A DNA stretch of 64,000 nucleotides from Blasia pusilla. Taxonomy: Eukaryota. The notes beneath the pieces were generated by a model that saw only the letters and a list, made by a program, of their open reading frames with translations, had not been told where the DNA came from and made no database searches. Made by a program: the position numbers and the translations under genes. Shown here in pieces: positions 1-13,500 of the stretch. The stretch covers positions 35,154,001 through 35,218,000 of the forward strand of contig CM114271.1 in NCBI GenBank assembly GCA_050084515.1, in the 5' to 3' direction. Each line of letters opens with the position of its first letter. Position 1 is the first letter of the stretch.

Positions 1-958
1 TGCTCGCAACTCCAAATTACGCACTGTTTGTTGCACAATATTTAGAATATTTAGAATCATTCATTCCAGTAAAAACTGACGGGGACTGTCGTAAAGCCCA
101 ATGTCTCTTTCTCCTACACAAAAATTTGGTAGCGCTTCCGCGCTTATTCCTCCCAAAAAAATGTAAAACTTGTAAAAATGCAAATCAACAAGTGACATGG
201 TGCTCCCGGAAGCACCAGTATGGGGCAACCCGCCCCCATACTCAATCCCTATCAGAAATTGGGCAGCGCTTCCGCACGCCACCCTTCCACACAAAATTGA
301 CAAATGCAAAGAACAATCCAAGCAACCCTTGCTCTAATGAGCACTCCCAATGAGCCGTTAAACGGGGAACACGGTCCCCAACCTGCAAAAACAACTAGTG
401 ACCAGCGAGCTCCCCCATGAAGCTCTCTCACTCTCTCATTCTCTCTTTGTAAAGTAAGATCCAATCTCTCTCTACACAATCTCACATCATAGCTCTCAAA
501 GGTATGCACTCTCTCTCATGTCAAACCAAACCCACTCTCCTAATGAGAGGCTTGGGTTACACTCACAAGGCAAGGGATCATAGCTCCGCCGCCTCATGCC
601 AAGAGGTTCAACAAAGAGTGAATGAGCTCTCAAGCTCTCTCTCTCCTTGGGATATATATCCCTCCCCTCTCCCAAGCTCTCTCCATGGTAACCTATTCTC
701 CCAAGTCACCTCCTTGGCTCTTGACCTGATGTAGGAGGTCAAGGGTTACTTACCAAAAATAGAAAGTCAATCATATACTCAAAATTGTACTTATCTAAAA
801 TAGTAAGTTCCTCAATATGGCTCCAAACGAGCCAAAACGAAGGGGAAACCTGCTCTCTCAGGTTTCTAGGGCCTCATCCTCGACCTCCTAGGCATGTCCT
901 CCACTACTCTTGAAGACGCTCTACTAGATCTCACCGATCAATCCTAAAGGACGTGACA
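1..958 (-). repeat. LTR-like repeat (family C), truncated by window start; inserted into a Gypsy pol relic
   Basis: Colinear and highly similar to 62850-63832; both copies end in ...GTGACA (TGTCAC on the minus strand). A TATA-like ATATATAT lies near 652. The junction at 958/959 cuts a Gypsy pol frame (…ELVSGWH). Confidence 0.7.
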
Positions 959-1402
959 CGTGCCATCCAGACACTAATTCCTCGTCACTCTCTCCATGCC
1001 AACGAGCTCCAGTTCTATCTCGTTGACTCGGGTATAGGTTATGACTCAATCCATCTGCATCCTAGTTGAGCGTTCCAGGTTGATGTACTACTTGGAAATC
1101 ATACTCCTGCAACAATAAGGCCCACCTCACAAGCTTTCCTATAAGCTTTTCGGACTCCATCAACCACTTAAGTGGTTGGTGATCAATAAAAATGGTAAAG
1201 GGGTTGTCGAATAAATAACATCTGAAATGCACGACAATCCATATTTTAGGCAAGCATTCACCCTCATACAAGCTTTACTTCATCTCTTCAGCGTTGTTTG
1301 AGCAACTAGCGTAAGCTATCACAAACTCTCTACCCTCATCATCATGTTGGGTAAGCACTGCTCCAAGCATCTACATACTCCAATCAGTATACAACTAGAA
1401 AG
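959..1402 (-). pseudogene. Ty3/Gypsy RNase H relic, left part (continues at 6689-~6790 across the Copia insertion)
   Basis: YEGECL...DHQPLKWLMESEKLIGKLVRWALLLQEYDF matches the RNase H at 49164-49535. On the minus strand 6689-6770 reads QERAFQLLKDRLTSAPILRRPIKGRPF and joins in frame to *LYTDWS across the GAAAG TSD. Confidence 0.85.
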
Positions 1403-1706
1403 TATTGAAGATTGAGTTACAGTCAAGCTCATGAGACACCTGAATTGCTACATTTGGTACTCACACGAAGTAGGGAAGCTTCATCTTGATTAGTCAATTA
1501 AGCGCGATTATCTTAATTAGGGTTAGTTAATCATAGTTAGTCTAACTTGAGACTATTATTAAGATTAGGGTTAGGGTTTCTTGTACATACCCTATATAAT
1601 TGAGAAGGGGACTAGCCTCCACTCATTGAAAATTTTATTCTCCATGGTGGTGTGTGAGTATGAGAGCCGTTTTCCACCAGTTATGCTTCTTTAGCAATTT
1701 TCCACA
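1403..1706 (+). repeat. 5' LTR of Copia copy 1
   Basis: TATTGAAG...TTCCACA, immediately followed by the PBS; direct repeat of 6378-6688. Confidence 0.95.
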
Positions 1707-1718
1707 TGGTATCAGAGC
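1707..1718 (+). promoter_or_regulatory. Primer-binding site (initiator tRNA-Met type)
   Basis: TGGTATCAGAGC directly after the LTR end; the same PBS is at 31259-31270. Confidence 0.92.
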
Positions 1719-2207
1719 GATAGGAGAACATCACTTGAAATTCTTGGTGTTTGAGGAGAGAAAAGAGGCAAGAGAAGGCACAATTTCAGTTTGGAAGAAG
1801 AAAATTTTATTCAGAGCTCAGTGGGTGCAGATTTCAAGTGGAGCTTTGACGGCGATAAAACTTCCGAGGTATTTTTAAAGGCTTTCCCGGTCGATTTAGC
1901 CATATGGGTTTGCAAAGGCTACAACCACGCCCAAAGGTTGGCTCAAGATATCTTGTAGATCTTTTCAAGAGCTTTCCAATGCATCCAAAATTGCTCGATT
2001 CTGACATTGTGAGCTCATGCAGTAGTAATTTTAGTGTAGGAAAGTGCAATTAGTGAAGAAAAGTTGTGTAGTTTGCTCTTTACAGGCCAATTTTGAATAG
2101 TTCTTTCATACAGTTGATCAATTTTGGCAAATTTCAGGACGATTTCTGTGTAGGAGTGGTCTATGCTTCAATTGGAGAATAGAGAGCCTAAAATTACATT
2201 TTTGTGA

Positions 2208-5200
2208 ATGGAATCGTTGGTCATGGAGTATTCCTCAACAACAAGCAAGAAGCTAGATAGGCAGAATTACAATCTTTGGAAGTTTTGCATGAAACAATTT
2301 CTCATGGGTTTAGAACTATGGGAGCTTGTCACAAGTGATGAGGCCAAGCCAGAAGGTGACTCAAGAGACTTGAATGTTTGCGCCTGGAACAAACGCGAAA
2401 GGCAAGTAATCCACTACATTTCAATAATGATCAGTTTGCCAATGATAGGTCACATTTAAGATGTTGATATTCCGAAGGAGGCCTAGGATACATTGGAAAA
2501 GCTGTTCCAGAAATTTACAAAGGTAAAAAAGCTTCAATTGAAACAGAAATTGAACGAAGTGAGGAATGATCGTAGAGCATTAATGATTATATTTTGAGTA
2601 TCAGAAATATTGTTGATCGGTTGAATAACATTGGAGTGACAATAGAAGATGATGATCTAATTTTGTTAACTCTTCAAGGCCTTCCAAAGGATTACAAGTC
2701 CTTTGAGACCTCTATCTCTCTGAGAGAGAAGTATCCAACCTTTCAAGAGTTAGTCCGACTGTTAATCAATGAAGAGATGGGCCTAGTAGGCAACGGTAGC
2801 TCGTCTAGTCAGCAAGAGAGTGCGCTATTTGCTGGTTATGGATCTAACAGAGGCAGGGGTCGTGGTAGAAGCTTCCGTGGTCGTGGTAGATATCAAGAAT
2901 ATGGAGGAAGAGACACTCAATATAACTTCACTCAATCAACCACGAACCAGTACTAGACACAATCACAAGGTGGTGATGGTGGAAACCGTTGGGGTCGAGG
3001 TCAGTAGCAGAGGGTCTTTGGATCTTACAATTACTGTGGGATAAAGGATCACTATGCAAAGTTTTGGTTCAAGAAGGAAGCAGATATGAGAACAGGAGCC
3101 TTACAGCAACAAAACTATGTGGAGCAACAATACCAAGAGCAGTACCAAGAATAACAACAATCACAAACAGAGCATCTCTTGGTCATGACTCATCATATGA
3201 GAGCAATGGTCAAGAAAGATTCAACAACATATTGGTACATTGAGTCTCGTGCATCAAATCACATGACCTCATAAGCTAAATGGTTGAGTAGTTTGGAGCC
3301 AGTGAAAGATCCTGCAATTGTGATCACAGGAGATGACACTCAACATCATATCATGCAAACTGATAAAGTTCCAATAGCATCAGATGGTCTTTGTGCTCTT
3401 GGAAATGTTCTCTCTATTCCTACCATTGCAAGAAACTTGATCATTGTAGGACAGATAGTAGAACAAGATTATCAAGTGAAGTTTAACCCAGATGGTTGTT
3501 TCATTGAAATAATGGATGACCAGACTGCGATAGCCAAAGGAACTAGATCTGGCACAATGTTCAAATTAGATATTTCTATGCCAGAGATTCAAACAACAAT
3601 GTATGGTCAAACCGGCCAACAAGTCACAGATCTAAATGTGTGGCATAAAAGAATTGGACATATCAATCTTCAAAGATTATAGAGTCTTTCATCATCTAAT
3701 ATAGTAATAGAACTCCCTAAATTAGCGAATCCTGCTATGTTAGAGGTATGTGCTACTTGCCAATTTGGAAAACAAGCTAGATTTCCTTTTCCAAAGCAAG
3801 GTAGAAGAACATCCAGGATATTGGAGTTGATCCACAGTGATGTGTGGACAACATCACAACATAGCCTTAGTGGTTTTCAATACTTTGTTTCATTTATTGA
3901 TGACTTCTCTAGATATATATAGATATACTTTCTGAAAGCCAAGTCAGAGGTATTTTCAATGTTCCAAATATTCAGTATTCTAGTAGAGTAGCAGACTGAA
4001 GAACACATTCGGAAATTACGTCGTGATGGAGGAGAAGAGTATCTTTCAACAGAGTTTGATGACTATTTAAATTAGAATGACATCCAACATCAAATGACTT
4101 GTAGCTACACTCCACAACAAAATGGAGTGGTTGAGAGGAAGAATCGATATATTGTTGAAGCGGCACGAGCTATGCTGAATGAGAAAAACATGCCTAAGGT
4201 AAATTGGACAGAGGCTATAGCATGTGCAATCTTCTTAATCAACCAAACTCCAACAACAATAGTTCATGATAAAACTCCATCCGAAGTCTTCACAGGAAGT
4301 AAACCTGATTTTTCCTTCTTAAAAGTATTTGGATGTATTTGTTATGCTCATGTTCTTTATGAGATACGTCAGAAATTAGACCCCAGTCTGAAAGATGTAT
4401 CTTCATTGGCTATGCTGATGGAACTAAGGGATATAAGTGCTATATTCCATCCTCTAGGCAACTTATTATTAGTTGCGATATTATCTTTGATGAGCTAAAG
4501 TCATGGTATGCTCCATCTGAGCCTATTCCACCTCTAAACTCGTCCGTTGAGGGGGAGAATATAATTGTAAAACAACAGATATTGTCTTCAAATTCCCCAA
4601 GTACTAGTGCAAGATTAGGAGAGGTCCTAGATTCATCAGTTAAATCTGTGAGTTCATGGACGAGAAGAGTACGTATTCAATGTGTTGACATTGATCACAA
4701 CTTGAGTGAGGTGTTAGAGGCATCTATCTCTAAACAACAACTTTGTAGATCAAGTAGAGTTACACATCAAGTTCATAGATTCATAAATGAAGATTTCCTT
4801 GCGATACATCATGCATATATGATGACTATCCTTCAAGAATAAGAGCCGAGTTGTTTTGAAGAAGCTTCAAGTAAAGTCGAATGGATTGAAGCTATGGAGG
4901 AAGAGATTCATGCATTAAGACATCAAAAAACATAGGAGCTGGTTGATATACCTTTTGGTAAGGAAGCTATTGGTTGCAAATGGGTTTATATTTAATATAT
5001 CAAGATGGTACAATTAACAGATACAAAGCAAGATTGGTGGCTAAGGGCTATGCACAACAATATGGCATCGATTATGAGGAAATATTTAGCCCTATTGTAA
5101 AGATGGCAACCACGAAAATAATGGTTGCACTTGCAGTAAGTAAGAAGTGGAGATTATATCACATGGACGTCAAGAATGCCTTCTTGAATGGAGATCTATA

Positions 5201-6390
5201 CGAGGAGGTATATATGACTCAATCATCTAGATATGAGCATCACAAGTTTCCATTTCGCGTATGCAGGTTGAAGAAAGCTCTATACGGGCTCAAACAAGCT
5301 CCAAGAGCTTGGTATGACAAGATTACATACGTCCTACAAGAGTTGGATTTTAGGGTATATGATTCTGACTCCTCGTTATATGTCTTGAGAGGACAAGATC
5401 ATACGATTCTCATTGTGTTGTAGGTTGACAATCTCATGAATACTGGGAGTATTGAAGAAATGATACTACAAGTTAAGCTTAAGTTACAAGCAGAATTTGA
5501 TATGAAGAACTTGGGAGAACTCAAGTACTTCCTTGGTATTGAGTTTATCATGGTTGGAGAGAGCATGTGATTACTACAACAACAATAAGCTCTTCATATG
5601 CTTTCAAAATATGGTATGATTGCTTGTAAGCCAATCTCTACACCGTTGGACCACAGTATGAAGCTAAGAGTGGATGAAGGAGAGTTGCTTGCAGATTCTA
5701 ATATGTACAGATGCATGGTTGGAAGTTTGATCTATCTAACTATAACTACTTCAGATTTGAGCGATGTTGTTGGCCTAGTGAGCAAGTTTATGCAAGCACC
5801 CCGAAAACCTCACCTTGATGCTGTGAGGAGGATTATACAGTATGTGAAAGTCTCTATTTAATTCGGGCTTCAATTTGAACCCTTCTCCGAGTTTTCAATT
5901 ATAGGGATTCATAAATGCTGATTGGGCAGGAAGCTTGTCTGATGGACATTCCACATCTGGTTATTTCATTTATTTATTTTGGGAAGCGCAACTATAAGTT
6001 GGGCTTCAAAGAAGCAACCTACATTTGCTTTATCTTCAAGAGAGGTTGAGTATAGAGGAGCAACCAATGCAGCATGTGAGGCGGCGTGGCTTCATTGATT
6101 ACTTGTTGAGATTGATATTAGTAGCATCAATATATGCAGACAATATTAGTAGCATCAAGCTTGCTAATCACCATGTGTTTCATGCTCGTACAAAGCATGT
6201 TGAGGTGCAATTTCATTTTAGAAGAGAGAAAGTGCTTACAAGAGAAATTGATCTTGTGTATATAGATACAGATGAGCAAATTGCTGACATCTTTACAAAG
6301 GTATTGTGTAGAGATAAGTTTGAGATGTTTAGAAATGATTCTGGCGTTAGAGATATCGATATGAGCTTGAGGGGGAATATTGAAGATTGA
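2208..6390 (+). pseudogene. Copia gag-pol, disrupted by stops and frameshifts
   Basis: Gag (NYNLWKFCMK); protease region (W-I-S-ASNHMT); GAG-pre-integrase WHKRIGH...CATCQFGK; integrase [62 protein letters not shown]; RNase H HARTKHVE, QIADIFTK. Confidence 0.95.
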
Positions 6391-6688
6391 GTTATAGTGA
6401 AGCTCATGAGACACATGAAGTGCTACATTTTTACTCACACGAAGTAGGGAAGCTTAATCTTGGTTCATCACTTGAGCGCGATTATCTTAACTAGGGTTAG
6501 TTAATCACAGTTAGTTTAACTTGAGATTATGGTTAAGGTTAGGGTTAGGGTTACTTGTACATACCTTATATAATTGAGAAGGGGACCAGCCTCCATTCAT
6601 TCTCTCATTGCAAATTTCATTCTCCACGGTGGTGTGTGAGTACGAGAGCCGTTTTCCACCAGTTAAGCTTCTTTAGCAATTTTCCACA
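6378..6688 (+). repeat. 3' LTR of Copia copy 1
   Basis: Direct repeat of 1403-1706; follows the PPT and is followed by the TSD. Confidence 0.95.
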
Positions 6689-6865
6689 GAAAGGACGCCC
6701 CTTGATCGGTCTCCTCAATATGGGCGCGGACGTCAACCTATCCTTGAGCAACTGGAATGCTCTCTCCTGTGGATCCCTCCATGATGATTGCAGTTACATG
6801 GATGGAAGATACATCTTGACAAGTGCAAATTCTTCTAGAAGCAAAAAGTTAGAACACACAACATA

Positions 6866-7520
6866 GAGGCTATTGCACAGATTCCATGCCTTATATATGT
6901 GAGTTGAGTCCAAGCATTTCTAGGAATAGCAAAATTTTATTGATGGTATGCCAAGGGTTCTTGTGTCATCGCAAAGTCTTTTGTTGGCGAGACTTGGTGA
7001 GGTATGGCATTGAGGAGACAATTGGGAGGGAGCTTTTCAAGAGGTCAAAGACACATTAACCTCCTCAACCATTCTTTGGAGACTTGTTAGGGATTTCCCC
7101 TTCCAATTATATACGGATTAGAGCATGTTGGATCTAGGAGTAATGCTTACTCATAGAGATGACAAGAAAAGGGAGTTAATTGTGGCTTATGCAAGTTGAT
7201 CAAACAACATTGCAAAGGTGAAGTACAAGTCCCATGAGTGAGATTGAAGACCTGTTAGGGATTTCCCCTTCCAATTATATACGGATTGGAGCATGTTGGA
7301 TCTAGGAGTAATGCTTACTCATAGAGATGACAAGAAAAGGGAGTTCATTGTGGCTTATGCAAGTTGATCAAACAACATTGCACAGGTGAACTACAAGTCC
7401 CATGATGGAGAGTGTTGGGTTGCAGTGTAGGCCGTGGCACATTTCAAGTGCTATCTTTTTGGAAACCCTTGATTATTAGCCATATATTGAGGTGGTTGAT
7501 GAATTCAGACAACCGTACAT
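6866..7520 (+). pseudogene. Gypsy RT-connection/RNase H relic with an internal ~160-bp tandem duplication
   Basis: EAIAQIPCL..VS*VQAFLG aligns with EAIALIPCLVDVSRVRAFMG of the RT at 49590-50450; 7080-7237 is repeated at 7248-7406. Confidence 0.8.
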
Positions 7521-10500
7521 GGCTTGATGGCTCAGAGAAAGTGATGAGATATCTTCTTTCCTCCAACCCTCTTTGGAGAATCCTCCTTGACGCTCCAAAA
7601 AGTGAAGGGATAGATCCACAATCCCCATCCCTCTTTAGAAAAATGGAGAGAATCTTTTTAAAGTTCCCATCTCTATCCCTACCCTTTGGAGAGGGACGAA
7701 GATAGATAATTTAGGATGGGAGGAGAGAAGAAAAATCCTTTCTATTCCTTGAAGAGTAGAGGTAGGGTCTATATGAAGAGGGTGGAGAATGGCAAAGAGA
7801 AAGAGATGGATAGGAAAGGGAAGGGAAGGGAAAGGAGGAGGGATAAAAACTCCATCCCTCTGGAGAGGAATTGAGAGGGGAGATACAAAGTTCTTTCACT
7901 CTCTCTAGAGTGATGAAGATGGATGGGCCCTCCATGGAAGATGAGGGAGGATAGATATAGCCCAATGCATCACTTGGGAAAAATTACGTGTAGTTTGCTT
8001 TCAAGTTGTGTACATAAAAGAAAATCATTGGATTTATGCAAATCTGTAAGAAATCTTACCATGAATACAAATTAGCTTGATTTTATGCCCCATGCCAAAA
8101 TCAGTAAAAATGGAAAAGTATGATCGGATCTCTCCACGTTTAGGTAAAGCCCTACATGCTATTTTGGAGGATATTTTTTTAATAGATTTTAAAGTAAAGA
8201 TTATGGAACCCAATGTGCATTGATGTAGTGACCATGTGCATGAAGGAAGCTATAAGAACCTCTAGATTCAATGTTTGTTTTATTTAACAATCGGGGAATG
8301 GTCCAAAGGCCTAGTCTAAGAGCAAATAGGACGCCGTACACAACACCTAAAAGACTTGAGTTGAATAGTTAAGATTGTAGATTAAGTAAACGCGATACAT
8401 AGTCGAGCTTCAAAGTCCATGATATGATGCGTGCAACACAAGTGCAATGACGATACATAATTGAGACGAGCACGCCAACACATGATAGCAACACAAGACC
8501 TGAAAGAAAAAACGAGTCCGGTCAATGCACCTCTTTCCATTGTTGAAATGAAAAAGAAATGAATACAATATACCTGGCCATAACTAAAGAAATAAATGTG
8601 ACAAAATAAAGGGTAAGATAAAGGTACATATTCTCTACACAAACTGTCAAAACTGATTAAACTATTTTTTAGCGATAGTAATAGATAATCCAATGCTTTC
8701 TCGATTCACTCGGAGAAGAGGGAGTTCTGATTTGAGAGGAGGATAAACAAATGACCAATGAGGATAAGATCATACATTTCAAGAAACCTAAACGATTCGT
8801 GTGATTCACATCGACAATATGGTTGGTGCAAAGTTGGCTCTCCAACATGCACCGAGGATTACACTCTCCCTTTAGGGTGGCTTTTGACTTCCCTACGCGA
8901 GAGAGGTTAGGAATGGATGTATAAAATTCCTCGTTCATTTGAGCATTGGTGCCTTCAAAAAAATGCAGGAAAAGAAGAATGATTGAAGAAGACATAAACT
9001 CCAAAGACATTATCTTTCAACATACAATACATCCGTTGGGCTCACATCCTCATAAGAGCTGTGAGATCGATTGGTGGTGGCTTGCTTGACTCATGATTAT
9101 TATTAATTGTAGGGACGCTGTATCATACGTGGGGTTCCAGAAAATGATACACCTAAGAATGATTTGGCATGAAGAAGGTACATACTACACATAAAAGAAG
9201 TTAGGGTGCATTCATTAGAAGAGAAAACAATCTCGAAAAATGTAAATGCAAACATGACCACGCCCCCATGCCCTAACAATCAACACCTTCGCATACACAT
9301 AAGAAAGGGATTATTTTCCCATGGATGCCTCCAGAACTAGCAGTCTCAAAGCGAACGTAGCACGAACGTTTACAAAGCCGGAAAGAGAACTTTTTCTTTG
9401 TATGACACAAAAAATAATGGAAATGGCGAAAATTTGAGGTGGTTTGGACGTAAGCCTTTGAAGGCTTTTTCTACTGTTACCGATTCGATTGTGCTCTGAG
9501 TAATGTTCAGTATCGGCCAACGTTTCTAATGTGTGCAAATAAATGACTGGAGTTGTCGATTATTATACATGTGCAAATTAGTTGATGGTGCACTTTTTCC
9601 CTGTTCCACTATCGAGATACTAATTGAACGCGAAATCTTTCTCAAAGATCTACTTGAATTCTAGCCATAAATATGCATACGGGAAACTTAAAATATACAT
9701 CTGTTTTAATAACATGGAACAGGGTATTATTCTATCAATTCGATGGTAGAGTGGGCCGAGTTTCACCGGCTTCCGAGACGTTTTTATTATACCAAGCTTG
9801 TCTAGACTTGGATTAAAAAGAAAAGAAAAAAAAGGATGCGTGCGGAGACGAGTGGGCAGACAAGAAAGAGGTAGAAAAGAAAAGGCGGAGGGGGGAGATT
9901 CTAGAGCAATTGCGCGGAGGACATCATCTCATGTGCAGGACAAGTCTTGTCTTTTGTGAGGAGCAACAAACATGATGCACGAGGCTTGGATAATAGGGTA
10001 TTAGGGTCGGGTTGCCCACGTAAAATTAGAAACTGGAAATAATGATGAGTGCGTATGGATCAAAAATTTGAAATGGAAGCACTTAGTCGCCAGATCTTAT
10101 TTTCTAACACATGTAAATTTGTTTTTAAATTTGGAAGTAAATTCCCTGATGCACTTCATGTGGACTACCGGTTTTTGTCCGGTGCCACCACAAAAGGGTC
10201 GTAGTTGACGCCGGCTGTGGCAAACCAATCAGGTTCGTGGAGCCTCTCCGAAGCTGGGTCTGCTTCGTCCTCGACCAAACCTGGAGAAGGACATCCCGAC
10301 TCCTGCATAAATACCGGAAGACGGCCAAATCGGTCGAAATGGACCACCCTAAGGTGGCCATGTGACACGCCCTCATCACTAGCACACCCTCAAACCCAAT
10401 GCGTCCCCACCATATTTACCCGATTGTAGGAAGTCTTACAAACGGCGTACCCCATTATAGGTCCTAATTCTTCAAAGATTCTCGTGCGTTATTTTCTTAA

Positions 10501-13500
10501 TAAAGTAGACCTTTTAATTGAGGGGACATGGAATCCAAGTTTTTGCCCGTCACTAGTCGCAAGGTAATCGATGGACGAGGCATGTAGTCCACCCTATGAA
10601 GACCGTCAGAGCATTTTCAAGCGGTAAAAGTTTGAATTAAGCTACACCCTCAGCAGATTTAAAAGTCCTTGCATCACAAGGTAGGGAGGAGGAGTTGATG
10701 GGTGCCAAAGGCCGGCATTCTTTGAAATGCCAGCCGGAAGAATTCAAGAACTTCCAATTGGTCCAAAAACATTTCGGTCCACCCGAAGAATACAGGTATT
10801 TTAAAACATGGGGAAAAACTGATTTTATTTTGGTAATTTCCATACAGACCTGACGGTTGTATAAAAAAAAGAGAGAAAATTTATCATCCCACGGGAAGAA
10901 GGGGAGGTGAAGAAATGCACCTCAGAAGGCAGGGAAGGGGGCGGGGCGGACCAGGGAAGGTGTATATACTAAAGAAGAAAACCGACCTCCACTGGAAAGG
11001 TTGTGGTACGATGAGATATCGATTTCTCTCATTCCAAGCGAGAGGGTCGTGGAAACAATGGAATCCAATCCGCACGGGAGAATTGTGGAAGAGCTCGTGG
11101 AAACTCTTCTCCACGAGGAGGGCGTTGTGAGCTGGCAGCAGGATGGGTGAGTAGAAGCAGAGAGCGCGGCGACATCGAGCTTCTTGCGTTAGGGTTGCGT
11201 TGAAGTGGAAGGAGAAGAACAACAGAAAGAACATCCGCATAAAGATGACGTGATCGCGGAAGAAGAATTTTGCTGCCCAAAACGTAACAGGATGATGATG
11301 ATCGCAGCAATGTGGGGGGGGGGTTGTACCGTAGTACTTGATGATGGAGGGAGAGAAGGAAGAGAACCGGCGGATGAGAGGAACGACAGAAGGCAACGAA
11401 TCAAACACCGATGCGGCCTATATCTACATTATATCTGAGGGGATTATGTACCTTCCATACGCTTTTTACCGGTAATGGTAGAAGACTAGGTACAGCATGT
11501 CATGTACAGGCCAGGCACTGCAGTTGTGGAACTAAGGCTACAGGTAATTGAAGAACGTGTGGTCTGGCGTTGTACTTTTGAGGACTGGAAATGAGGAAAT
11601 AGCAATCAGGGATTCAGGGCAGCGTTTTCCCGGCGTTAGAGCTGCGGCAACGATCGCTATTCTCGTGGTGCCGGGGCGATCGCTAGAGGAGCGAAAATGC
11701 ATTTCAGAGATGCGTGATTACAAGAGAAGTCGCCACAGTAGTCGTGGAAAATCTCACAGGGTTCGGGAAGTTTCGGCTCAGATTCAGAAAAGCAGCGGGA
11801 CGCATTCCAGGTTTATTTCCTCGAAGTAAGCGCTCTTGAACCGGCGTGATTCTCTAAATTACCGGCGGCTTTTGAAGGCACGCCGGGCGATGACCGGTGA
11901 ACTAAAACCAAAATATCCGACTGCTGGTGATGATGTTATCTGACTGTCCTGTCTATCGAATGAGTGTCGATGCCTTGAGATACGCGTACAGTAGTCAGTA
12001 TTGTACCACAAGTAAAGACAAAATCTTGCAGAAAATTAGGAGCCAGTCAGACTCTCATATTCGGCAGGTCTTTGACCCGACATTAAAATCCGCTGCTTAA
12101 AATCCATTTGCACTGACAATCCCGATGCCACAAACACGTAATCTCTTACGGGAGTTCTCGTAACACGCACAGCGATTCGTCCGGTACGGGGCAGTGTGAT
12201 GGGTAATCATAAGGCCGGCATTTTCATAAACCTAAGGAGTCGCTGTGACCTAAGATTGAGGTTGTGGTTGCCCCAGCCATCGCCTCGATGCACACTCTAC
12301 AGCTTTCTCTTCCTTTCCGCCTGTCCCGCTCGTCTGCACTTATGGGGCCGTCGCTGTCGCCACCGTCTTCGCTTATTTACGCTCGAACGCGGCCTTTACC
12401 ATCACACGCCCGCCGGGTTCCTGCACGCACCGCGTGTCTCGTGTGGCCCGCTCCGCTCCGCATCGATCCGTCCATCCATCCATACAGCTCTCTCTATCTC
12501 GGGCCGTCATGGGAAATACCAAAAACAAATCCGCACAAAAAAGAGAAAACACCATCGCCTAGTCGTCGCTCGCCCTCGACACGTAGATATTATTATAGCC
12601 GAAATAATCGTCTTCGTTCCATGCACCGATGACAGACAGCAGGATGTGGGAGATCGGGGCCGTCAATACGTAGCCTTACGGCTGCGAACTAAGATGCCAT
12701 AGTGCTATATTTCAATGGCGACGGCCACTCTTGTCTCTATAACTGTTACGCCCTTTAACGAAAGTACCCTTCCTCCCGCTTATCAGGGAATATCGTGAAT
12801 CCTCATGTGTCTGACGACTTCTGGCCACCTGGACTCGTCGGGCTGAGTACGCACGAAGAGAAAAAGAAAAGGAAAGGAAAGGAAGGAAACGGAAAGATCC
12901 GGGGGCTGGTTTCAACACCGGTAATTTCCTCAGAGTAATAAAGCCCATCTACTTTACCCCGAGGATTGAACCTCCCTCTTTGTCATTTTCTCGGAACCGA
13001 CGTTAGCGACCACTCTAACCACGTAGAGAGAGTCAGCTGTACTGTAGGTGTGGCACTGTAAAGGTAGGCCGGATCATAGAAGGTGTCGGTACCCTAAGCC
13101 TACGAGATGCGGGTCCGGTTTCACCTAGCTCAGGGGGGGCGAGAGTGGGCAGGCACGCAGAACAGCGGGCCAGGGTTGGAACCTTGGAAGAAGAGTTATG
13201 GTGGGCGGCAGGGTCGCTCTTGTAAGGTGCGTGGAACTGTGTTCCGAGGTATGCGGATGAACGTGCGGGTATCCGTGTACAATTGTACGCGCACATCCTT
13301 GGCTGAGAGATTTCCAGCACGAAAACTGTATCTACTCACCGGCGTGTTCAGATGAAAGAACGAATCGGGGATGTTGCCGAGGAACGAGGCAATCGGCGCG
13401 AAGAGAGATTGGTACGTACATGCGCTGCAGATCCTCTACCCAAAGGGTGAGACTGCCGGCCGCGCGTTACACCAGCGGTAGAATAATAATCTCACCATGG

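Larger units (their letters stand above)
1403..6688 (+). mobile_element. Full-length, decayed Ty1/Copia LTR retrotransposon (copy 1)
   Basis: LTRs 1403-1706 and 6378-6688; PBS TGGTATCAGAGC at 1707-1718; PPT GAGGGGGAA before the 3' LTR; perfect 5-bp TSD GAAAG (1398-1402 / 6689-6693); gag-PR-IN-RT-RH order. Confidence 0.97.
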